Shown here piece by piece: positions 1-7,129 of a stretch of DNA of 64,000 nt. The notes beneath the pieces were generated by a model, which worked only from the letters and a program-made list of their open reading frames with translations, made no database searches and was not told the origin of the DNA. This DNA is from an uncultured Candidatus Saccharibacteria bacterium (lineage in GTDB: Bacteria > Patescibacteriota > Minisyncoccia > Minisyncoccales > JAGGXC01), in the NCBI GenBank assembly GCA_964445905.1, contig CAYUNN010000003.1, positions 69,312 to 133,311 on the forward strand, written 5' to 3'. Position 1 is the stretch's first letter. Every line of letters begins with the position of its first letter. A program made the position numbers and the translations under genes.

Positions 1-1004
1 GGCGTTTTTATTTTAAGGTTTTCTATTAAAGGTTTTATCTGTTCTTCTATGTCTGGTTCTTTGACCCAATCTTTTTTCTCACAACCATTGCAATGTCCAT
101 AAATAATTCCTCTTTGTCTTTCCCAAGTTATTAGTCCTTCGCATTTTGCGCACCTTAGTAGTCTTTTAAATAAATAAAAATGTTTTGTATAGCTAGGAGT
201 TGATTTACTTTTTAGTATTTGTTGAACAGAGTTAAATAAATCTTCATTTATTAAAGGCTCTTGTTTACCTTTGTATATTTGGTTATTCCACTTTATCTTT
301 CCAAAATAAAAAGGGTCAGCCAATAATTCAGCCATTCTGCTCCTGCATAATTTATTTCCTTTTCTTGTTCTCAGCCCTTCTTTATACATTTTCTGAACCA
401 GTTTCTTTAAAGAGTATTCTCCGGAAGCATATAGGTTAAACATCTTTTTAATCAAAGAAGCTTTTTCTTTGTCTATTATGTGAATTTTATGGCCTTTTTC
501 TCCTACTGTTTTATAGCCTAGTGGTGGTTGGGTTGGGAGCCAGCCTTGAGCAATTTTCTCTTTTTGGCCCTTTTTAACTTCTTCTGAAAGATTATCAATA
601 TAGTATTGGGCAACTGAAACCTTGATATTCCAGATAAACTTTTCATTAGATTTAGAATCTTTATTTAGAATACAGTTTTCTTTAACAAAATGAACTTCTC
701 TTTCGGAATTTTCATTTATCCAATCATTTATACAAACAGCATCTTTTAGATTTCTGGTTAGCCTATCTATTTTTTCACAAATAATGATTTTAATATTATT
801 TTTCTTAGAATAGGCAACCATTTCGTTAAAAGCATTCCTTTTATAATATCCTTTAGCACTTTCAGAAATTGAAAATTTCTTAGCAATTCTAAAATCTTTC
901 CTATCAGCATAATCTTTTAGAAGTTTTTCTTGAGAGTCTAAAGAATAGCCAGTTTCTTCTTGCTCTCTGCTACTAACTCTACAAAATGATATACAAGGTT
1001 TCAT
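1..1004 (-). CDS. Large serine recombinase (resolvase/invertase family), 3'-truncated by window edge
   Basis: Reverse-strand translation from ATG at 1004: MKPCISFCRVSSREQEETGYSLDSQ...IKIIICEKIDRLTRNLKDAV... The catalytic Ser lies in the RVSSxxQ motif and the conserved DRLxR box is present. Downstream Cys pairs (CAKCEG...CNGCEKK) resemble the zinc-ribbon of large serine recombinases. The ORF runs off position 1. Confidence 0.8.
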   Translation of the reverse strand, partial: MKPCISFCRVSSREQEETGYSLDSQEKLLKDYADRKDFRIAKKFSISESAKGYYKRNAFNEMVAYSKKNNIKIIICEKIDRLTRNLKDAVCINDWINENSEREVHFVKENCILNKDSKSNEKFIWNIKVSVAQYYIDNLSEEVKKGQKEKIAQGWLPTQPPLGYKTVGEKGHKIHIIDKEKASLIKKMFNLYASGEYSLKKLVQKMYKEGLRTRKGNKLCRSRMAELLADPFYFGKIKWNNQIYKGKQEPLINEDLFNSVQQILKSKSTPSYTKHFYLFKRLLRCAKCEGLITWERQRGIIYGHCNGCEKKDWVKEPDIEEQIKPLIENLKIKT

Positions 1005-1010
1005 AGTATT

Positions 1011-1125
1011 TAAAGAGGCGCCCAGTAGCCCAATTGCTTTCCACGAAGGTCAGCTTTCGGTGGACGCCTCTCCAAAGAGCCGAAAGCAAATAAAAACTTC
1101 GTGGATTTAATAAAACTATGGGCTA
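1011..1125. promoter_or_regulatory. Inverted-repeat-rich segment immediately upstream of the recombinase start (candidate att/res site or structured leader)
   Basis: Four inverted-repeat pairs are visible: gaggcg(1014-1019)/cgcctc(1064-1069); gtagccca(~1023-1030)/tgggctac(~1118-1125); tccacgaag(~1040)/cttcgtgga(~1098); gctttcgg(~1053)/ccgaaagc(~1079). Confidence 0.3.
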
Positions 1126-1569
1126 CATCTTTATTATATTATTATTTTTTATAAATGTCGACACTTCTTTTGGCAAAAAACTTAAAGTGTTTATTTCTTC
1201 TAATTCATTAAGTTTTTCTTTAAGATTTTCAATGTTTTGAATTAAAGACTTAACTTCTTCTGGGTTGAGTTTATATTGTTCAATTACTATGGTAGAAATA
1301 ATTATTTGAAGTAGTAAACTATCTTTTATTAAGGAATTTATAGTTAGCTGTAAAAATCTTATAGCTTCTTTTTGCTTTAGATATACTTCCTCGATATTAT
1401 TTTTGTTAATTTTAGAAAGTATTTTTAAAGTATTTATAACATCTAAAATTTCTAGCCCTTTTTTATCTGGATTATTAAGAGATTTTATAATAAGTTCTAA
1501 CTTCTCTTCAGAATTTAGATTATCATATAGCATCTTAATTTTATTTTCTTTTTGACAGAACATTTTCAA
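1123..1569 (-). CDS. Hypothetical protein (148 aa), mobile-element cargo
   Basis: Intact ORF co-oriented with and adjacent to the recombinase. No recognisable motifs. Predicted coiled-coil/helical. Confidence 0.45.
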   Translation of the reverse strand: MKMFCQKENKIKMLYDNLNSEEKLELIIKSLNNPDKKGLEILDVINTLKILSKINKNNIEEVYLKQKEAIRFLQLTINSLIKDSLLLQIIISTIVIEQYKLNPEEVKSLIQNIENLKEKLNELEEINTLSFLPKEVSTFIKNNNIIKM

Positions 1570-1903
1570 GGTTTTTGATTCTTTCCTCTAGTTCAGAATC
1601 TAAAGCTTTTAAGCTTATGTTTAATAAATATCCGACACAGTTAGCTTTTTTAACAGATATTTCATCTACTCTTACCTCTCTAACCAACTTATTTATTAAA
1701 TCTATTACATCTCTATTATTTTTAACCATAATCGTGTCTTTTATCAGAGGATATTCTTTATGAGCATTTTTTCCTCCTTGAGAAAGAGCTTTCTTTCTTT
1801 TTTCTTTTACGTCTGGATTTTGAGAGTGCATAAAGCAGTACCTGTCGCCTGTTAAGGTTTTTGCATTACATCTTTTGCCATTTTTAGCATACTCACATCT
1901 CAT
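1541..1903 (-). CDS. Hypothetical Zn-finger-like protein (120 aa)
   Basis: N-terminal C-x5-C-x10-C-x2-H pattern (RCEYAKNGKRCNAKTLTGDRYCFMH). Overlaps its neighbour by 29 nt in operon-like fashion. Confidence 0.45.
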   Translation of the reverse strand: MRCEYAKNGKRCNAKTLTGDRYCFMHSQNPDVKEKRKKALSQGGKNAHKEYPLIKDTIMVKNNRDVIDLINKLVREVRVDEISVKKANCVGYLLNISLKALDSELEERIKNLENVLSKRK

Positions 1904-1933
1904 ATTTTATAAGCCGACTTATAGGGGTGGTAA

Positions 1934-2488
1934 TTATTTCCATTCTATATCTGATTCTTTACCAGCAAATTCTCTAAAATCATTTTGTCCGTGAATTACC
2001 CACCATTTCTTATTTTCGTCTCTCCACATTGACTTGTTCCAAAAATAAGGTTTTTTTGAAGAATCCTCCTTTTTATTTTTAATCCTTAAATTTGTTTCCT
2101 TACTATGGACAAGACTATCAGTCGCAGTGTGGTTAGACTGTTGGTCTTTCTTGATTGGACTATCAGCCCATTCGCTTTTATCCAATAGCAAGTACCTATT
2201 ATTAAGTTTTTTACCGACCCTTATTTTTTTAATAATATTGAATTTTTCAAGTATTTTTATGGCTCTTCCTACTTGTCTGGAAGATATTTTTAACTCTTCT
2301 GCAATTTTTCTTTGAGATGGCCAACAGAATTGTTCCTTGTTTGAATGTCTGCATAAAGATAAATAAACTCCGGTAGAATAAATGCCGCATTTTTTTGCAT
2401 AACCATTCAAATATAGGTCGTCAACAAAGAATTTAGTTTTTCCCCTTAAGTCTCTTATCTCAAATTTTTCACTGTCTTTGTTTTTCAT
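1934..2488 (-). CDS. HTH DNA-binding protein, replication-initiator/regulator-like (184 aa)
   Basis: Helix-turn-helix segment ...KIAEELKISSRQVGRAIKILEKFNII..., similar in pattern to phage/plasmid replication or regulatory proteins. Confidence 0.5.
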   Translation of the reverse strand: MKNKDSEKFEIRDLRGKTKFFVDDLYLNGYAKKCGIYSTGVYLSLCRHSNKEQFCWPSQRKIAEELKISSRQVGRAIKILEKFNIIKKIRVGKKLNNRYLLLDKSEWADSPIKKDQQSNHTATDSLVHSKETNLRIKNKKEDSSKKPYFWNKSMWRDENKKWWVIHGQNDFREFAGKESDIEWK

Positions 2489-2649
2489 ATTTACCTTTAT
2501 TTATTGCGATTCTTCTATCTATTTTTAATAACAAGTTAAAATAATCTGAGAGATTTTTCTCCAGTTGTTTTATTTCTTCATCAGTAGCTGCTTCCTTTAA
2601 CTCTTCTTCCATAGCCCTTTTCAGTTTTTTCTGGGTTTCAGTTAACATA

Positions 2650-2907
2650 TTAAAAATTAGAATAAATAAAATTCTTTAGATTTTTCTGGGCATTAAATAA
2701 ACTTAATACTGGCAGTTTGATTTTATCTTTAAAGTAATCTTCTGATACTTTGTCTATGTTTTTTTCTTGTTTAAATTTAAAGCCAACCTTCTTAGGGTTT
2801 AATTTATCTAGTCCGGTTAATTCATATCCTAGCACTACTAACGTGCTAGCAAGTCCCAAATCAAATGTCATAAATTCATTTTTTTTCATAAGAGAATTTA
2901 TAATCAT
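2650..2907 (-). CDS. Hypothetical small protein (85 aa)
   Basis: ORF in element orientation. No motifs. Confidence 0.3.
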   Translation of the reverse strand: MIINSLMKKNEFMTFDLGLASTLVVLGYELTGLDKLNPKKVGFKFKQEKNIDKVSEDYFKDKIKLPVLSLFNAQKNLKNFIYSNF

Positions 2908-2925
2908 TAAAATACAAATAAAAAA

Positions 2926-2950
2926 CTACACTTTAAGTGTAGTCTTTTTA
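2926..2950. terminator. Hairpin (actacac-tttaa-gtgtagt) with flanking T/A runs; possible bidirectional terminator
   Basis: Perfect 7-bp stem at 2926-2944. T-run follows on the + strand and, after reverse complement, on the minus strand downstream of the 2986..3579 gene. Confidence 0.35.
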
Positions 2951-2985
2951 TTGGTGAGTCAACTGAGAATTTTGTGAATTACTTT

Positions 2986-3579
2986 TTATTTAACTCGGGT
3001 TATTGTTTTTTTACTCCATATAAATATTTTTTTACCAAATCCATCCATTGTTCTTTTGTTAACTGCCTCCATCGCATCATAAACTACTCTAAGCTCTTTT
3101 TTTCCATTTTTCTTAGGTTCTTCCCCTGTCATCTTTTCATATATTATAGACCAATCTACAGGTTCTTCTATCTGGAATTCAAACATTGCCCTGCAAAGGA
3201 AGTGTTCATTTTTAAAAGCTGGTAGCTGACAAGCCTTATTTTTTAATTTAAGTTGTGCCTTATTGTCTAAAAATTCTATATTCTTATTGCTGATTATTAT
3301 GTCTTTTTCTAGTAATTCAGATATATCAATATTTTTTAAAAGATGTATCTTAAAAATAGGTATTGCTCCTTTGTGTATATGTATTATTTCAGAGGTTATT
3401 CCCTCGAATTTAATAAGTCCTAAGTCATCTAGTTCTTGAAGCATATCCGCAATCTCTTTATAGTTTACTTCTAAACTTTCTGGGAAGCTGTCTGCAGTAA
3501 TTTCTATAGGCGGTTCTTTCACTGCCTCCTTTTTTATAATATTATAAATACTTTTTAATTTTACTTTTTTGTTGCTCAT
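2986..3579 (-). CDS. Hypothetical protein (197 aa), first gene of the minus-strand element operon
   Basis: Intact ORF. Possible winged-helix-like C-terminal half. No confident family. Confidence 0.45.
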   Translation of the reverse strand: MSNKKVKLKSIYNIIKKEAVKEPPIEITADSFPESLEVNYKEIADMLQELDDLGLIKFEGITSEIIHIHKGAIPIFKIHLLKNIDISELLEKDIIISNKNIEFLDNKAQLKLKNKACQLPAFKNEHFLCRAMFEFQIEEPVDWSIIYEKMTGEEPKKNGKKELRVVYDAMEAVNKRTMDGFGKKIFIWSKKTITRVK

Positions 3580-3629
3580 TATAATTATAATTTTTAGTCT
3601 TTATTTTAAAATAACAAACTTGCCACATT

Positions 3630-3658
3630 TTGACAAGTAAGTTTTAAAATTGTAGTAT
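3630..3658 (+). promoter_or_regulatory. Sigma70-like promoter TTGACA-N17-TAGTAT upstream of the HTH/hsdM operon
   Basis: ttgaca at 3630-3635, a 17-nt spacer, then tagtat at 3653-3658. The CDS ATG at 3667 gives a very short leader. Confidence 0.35.
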
Positions 3659-3666
3659 GACTTAAT

Positions 3667-3846
3667 ATGAATTGTAAGTTTTTAACTGTTAAAGAGGTTG
3701 CAAAAAAGCTACGAGTTTCAGAACGTAGTGTGTTTCGCTATATTCATAATAGTAAGTTAAAAGCTAGCAAAGTTGGTTATTGGAGAATTGAAGAGAAAGA
3801 CTTAAAAAAGTTTATTAAAGATAATTTAAATATAAGACAAAGTTAA
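3667..3846 (+). CDS. Excisionase-family helix-turn-helix DNA-binding protein (59 aa; below the ORF-track length cutoff)
   Basis: Translation MNCKFLTVKEVAKKLRVSERSVFRYIHNSKLKASKVGYWRIEEKDLKKFIKDNLNIRQS matches the 'LTxxEvAxxLxvSxxTvyRxi...G.wRi' pattern of excisionase/MerR-like HTH domains. It ends 1 nt before the hsdM start. Confidence 0.6.
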   Translation: MNCKFLTVKEVAKKLRVSERSVFRYIHNSKLKASKVGYWRIEEKDLKKFIKDNLNIRQS

Positions 3847-3847
3847 A

Positions 3848-5287
3848 ATGACCCCAAACGAATCATTATCAAAAGCTGATATAAAAAAAGCCTGTGATAT
3901 TCTTAGGCGAGACGATGGCGTAGGTGCCGGTAACTATGTTGAACAATTATCTTGGCTGCTTTTCTTGCGTGTTTTTGAAAATGTAGAACTTCAGCTTAAA
4001 GAAATAAAAGAGGCAGAGGGCGATAAACATCAAGATATTATTGATAAGGAATATCAATGGTCTTCTTGGGCCAGAAAAGATTGGAAAGATAAAGATGAGT
4101 TAGTTCATTTTGTTTCTAACAAGCTCTTTCCTTATTTAAGAAGTCTTAAGGGAACAAATGAAAAAGAGAAAATAGGAGAAATTTTTAGAGAATTAGACGG
4201 AAACAAAATTCGCTCCCCCTTCACATTGCTAGATGTAATTGAGATTCTGGATAAAGTTGATATGGTTCACTATCAAGACACGCACCTTTTGTCGCAGGTT
4301 TATGAGGAAATATTGCAGGAAATGGGCGCTGAAGGTGGTTGGGCCGGCGAGTTCTATACGCCTCGTCCGATTATCCGTTTAATGGTTAATATTATAGAGC
4401 CAAAATTAGGACAAAGTCTTCTCGACCCATTTGTCGGCTCAGCTGGTTTTTTAGTAGAAAGTTTTCATTATATTCAAGAAAATCTTAATAAAAAATCAAA
4501 AACTGGCCTAAGAGAATGGAAAATTCTACAAAATAAAACTTTTTATGGTCAAGAAAAAAAGCCACTTCCTTATTTGATTGGAACAATGAATATGATTCTT
4601 CATCAGATTTTAGTTCCTAATCTTATAAGAGCAAACACCTTAATGGAAGATGTTCATAATGTTTCGGAAAATAAAAAAGTAGATGTAATTTTGACAAATC
4701 CGCCGTTCGGAGGAAAAGAACATAAAAGCGTACAGAATAATTTCCCAATTCCGGTAGCTGCTACAGAAGGGCTTGCCTTGCAGTATGTAATGAGGCATTT
4801 AAAAAATGGTGGACGTTGCGGCATTGTATTACCAGAAGGACAGATTTTATTTGGTGGAGGAGCATTTCAGAAAATAAGAGAAGAGCTTTTAACAAAATTT
4901 AATGTTCATACAATTATATCATTGCCTCAAGGAGTTTTTGCTTCAATGGGGGCAGGGGTTAAAACAAATTTAGTTTTCTTTGAGAAAACAGGGCCCACAA
5001 AAGAAATTTGGTATGGCGAGATAAGCGGTAAATTTACCAAAAAGATTGTTGTTATAGATTCTAATTTAGAAGATGTTTATAAGAAATGGCAAAAGAGAGA
5101 GATTTCAGAAAATAGCTGGATAGTTCCTATTAAAGAGATTAAAGAACGTAATTTTGATATTTCTCCTAAGAATCCAAATAAATTAGCAGAAGAGGAGCTA
5201 CCAGAACCAAAAGAATTAGTAAAAAGAATAGAAGAATCCCAGAAAGAAGCAAAGCAGATTTTAGATAATATAAAAAAGATTTTGTAA
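3848..5287 (+). CDS. hsdM: Type I restriction-modification system, N6-adenine DNA methyltransferase subunit M
   Basis: Carries the N6-Mtase motif ILTNPPFGG, an AdoMet-binding region and the HsdM N-terminal domain. Translationally coupled to hsdS. Confidence 0.93.
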   Translation: MTPNESLSKADIKKACDILRRDDGVGAGNYVEQLSWLLFLRVFENVELQLKEIKEAEGDKHQDIIDKEYQWSSWARKDWKDKDELVHFVSNKLFPYLRSLKGTNEKEKIGEIFRELDGNKIRSPFTLLDVIEILDKVDMVHYQDTHLLSQVYEEILQEMGAEGGWAGEFYTPRPIIRLMVNIIEPKLGQSLLDPFVGSAGFLVESFHYIQENLNKKSKTGLREWKILQNKTFYGQEKKPLPYLIGTMNMILHQILVPNLIRANTLMEDVHNVSENKKVDVILTNPPFGGKEHKSVQNNFPIPVAATEGLALQYVMRHLKNGGRCGIVLPEGQILFGGGAFQKIREELLTKFNVHTIISLPQGVFASMGAGVKTNLVFFEKTGPTKEIWYGEISGKFTKKIVVIDSNLEDVYKKWQKREISENSWIVPIKEIKERNFDISPKNPNKLAEEELPEPKELVKRIEESQKEAKQILDNIKKIL

Positions 5288-5289
5288 CC

Positions 5290-7128
5290 ATGAAAGAATG
5301 GAAAAATTATAAATTAAATGAACTCGTGGATTATAGAAATGGACTTTGGGTTGGTAAAAATCCTCCTTTCGTAACAGCAAAGGTTATAAGGGTAACGGAG
5401 TTTAACAACGATGGAACACATAACCTTGAAACCGCAAGAGAATTAAAAGTTGAGAGCAAGAAATTAAAAGAACGGGTTATTAAGCCGAATCAGATATTAT
5501 TAGAAAGGTCTGGTGGAGGAGAAAAAAAACCGGTAGGGAGAGTAATTCTCTTCAAGGATAATATTAAAGATAGTACTTATTCATTTAGTAATTTCACTAC
5601 TTTGTTGATTCCAAATGAATCAGTTGTTAATCCAAGATTTCTTTTCTATTATCTTCATTTCTTTTATATATCTGGACAAACTAATCATTATCAGAAAGCG
5701 ATGATTGGTATTAGGAATCTGGAATTTAAAAGGTATTTAGAACAAGATATTCCTATACCGCTCGAAAGCAGTCAGCCAGACCTTGAAGAGCAAAAAAGAA
5801 TAGCTGATAAAATTGATAAATTATTTGTAGAAATTGATAGAGGGATTATAGATACAAAGGTTTTTCTTTTAGATTCTCGCAAAATATTTCAAAGTAAGCT
5901 AAAAAAGATTTTTGATGCTGAGCTTTCTAAAAATTGGAGAATAAAAAAACTCGAAGAATTAGCTGCTAATACTGCCTATCCAATAGGAGATGGCGACCAT
6001 GGTCAAATTAAGCCAAGTTCTTATAGAAACGACGGTATTCCATATGTAAGAGCCGCAGATATAGGTTGGGGGGAGTTCACGCCAAATGGAATGGTTTACA
6101 TTTCTGAAGAAACTCATAAAAATAATTTAAAGAGCGAACTAAACCCTGGCGATATTTTAATTGTAAAAACAGGAGCTACTATTGGTAAATGTTGTATTGT
6201 GCCTAATGATATTAAAAAGGCCAACACAACTGCATCCGTTGGTAAAATAACTGTAAATAAAGATAAAGTTCTCCCCAGGTGGGTTTTGTTAAGATTCTTA
6301 TCCCCATCCTTTTTGAAGTTCATTTGGTCAATTAGTCATAAAGCAGCTCAGCCGAGTTTTAACAATAGAGATATAAAATTATTTGAAATTCCTCTACCAT
6401 TTAAGAATAACAGACCAGATTTGGACGAGCAAAAGAAAATCATTATAAGATTGGATAAAATTCAAGAACAAGCTAAGAAACTTGAAGAAAAATATCAGGA
6501 ACAGTTAAATAATTTCAGCAAGCTGAAGCAATCCATATTGCAGCAGGCTTTTGAGGGCAAGTTGGTGACAGCAAAAGAGCAAGCACCAGAGAAAATAAGC
6601 ATTTTTCCTATTCAGCAAGCTGTTGGAGCAATTCTTCAAAGATTTGAAAGAGGAGAGATGGTTGTAGCTAAAATCTTATATTTGGCCCAGACCATAAATA
6701 AAGTTTCTTTTTCTATACCATTCACGCCACAAAATTTTGGACCATATGATAAAGCAGTAAAACGTGCTGTAACCGCAGGATTGAGCAGAAATAATAATTT
6801 TTTTTCCAAGAAAAAATATAGTAAGGGTTTTGTTTATGGGTTGTCTCAAGGCTCTGAAAAATTGTTTAATTATAGTAATGCAAAAACGTTGAGAGAAATG
6901 AATAAATTTTTAGATGAAATGATGCCTTATTTTAAAAGAGTTAAAAGTGCTGACATTGAAAGGCTTGCAAGCGCTTGTGAAATAATAAAAAACAATAAAA
7001 CCATAAACAATGAAGAAGTTTATAAAGAACTTTCAAAGTGGAAGCCAGAAAAATTTACAGCCCAAGAAGTTGACAGAAGTTTAAATTTTATTAAATCTAA
7101 GGGATGGGATAAAATCTTAATGAAATAA
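5290..7128 (+). CDS. hsdS: Type I RM specificity subunit S with an atypical ~190-aa C-terminal extension (Panacea/SocA-like)
   Basis: Two target-recognition domains are separated by conserved coiled-coil repeats (LEEQKRIADKIDKLFVEIDRG; LDEQKKIIIRLDKIQEQAKKLEE). The protein is 612 aa versus a typical ~400-450 aa. Its tail carries ...VVAKILYLAQTINKVSFSIPFTPQNFGPYDKAV..., resembling the KLqKLLYfAq...GPv signature of DUF4065. Confidence 0.88.
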   Translation: MKEWKNYKLNELVDYRNGLWVGKNPPFVTAKVIRVTEFNNDGTHNLETARELKVESKKLKERVIKPNQILLERSGGGEKKPVGRVILFKDNIKDSTYSFSNFTTLLIPNESVVNPRFLFYYLHFFYISGQTNHYQKAMIGIRNLEFKRYLEQDIPIPLESSQPDLEEQKRIADKIDKLFVEIDRGIIDTKVFLLDSRKIFQSKLKKIFDAELSKNWRIKKLEELAANTAYPIGDGDHGQIKPSSYRNDGIPYVRAADIGWGEFTPNGMVYISEETHKNNLKSELNPGDILIVKTGATIGKCCIVPNDIKKANTTASVGKITVNKDKVLPRWVLLRFLSPSFLKFIWSISHKAAQPSFNNRDIKLFEIPLPFKNNRPDLDEQKKIIIRLDKIQEQAKKLEEKYQEQLNNFSKLKQSILQQAFEGKLVTAKEQAPEKISIFPIQQAVGAILQRFERGEMVVAKILYLAQTINKVSFSIPFTPQNFGPYDKAVKRAVTAGLSRNNNFFSKKKYSKGFVYGLSQGSEKLFNYSNAKTLREMNKFLDEMMPYFKRVKSADIERLASACEIIKNNKTINNEEVYKELSKWKPEKFTAQEVDRSLNFIKSKGWDKILMK

Positions 7129-7129
7129 T

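Noticed and set aside
1575-1763. Small + strand ORFs (1575..1763, 2127..2315, 2750..2977, 2974..3225) opposite the element's minus-strand genes
   Set aside because: All are embedded antisense in longer, co-oriented minus-strand ORFs. Hydrophobic/low-complexity translations.
6114-6323. Minus-strand 69-aa ORF inside hsdS and similar internal ORFs (7994..8293, 15514..15732, 15948..16421, 16905..17090, 17878..18096, 20410..20592, 20992..21207, 23447..23859, 24554..25075, 27354..27557, 32065..32253, 32797..32985, 35542..35727, 35665..35904, 36074..36424, 36276..36752, 37151..37399, 42516..42914, 42963..43145, 44887..45156, 45400..45621, 46973..47342, 50428..50643, 51090..51305, 53200..53481, 53234..53458, 56714..56968, 57544..57765, 57962..58594, 59496..59696, 60477..60791)
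   Set aside because: Each lies inside, and antisense or out of frame to, a strongly supported conserved CDS. None has independent motif support.
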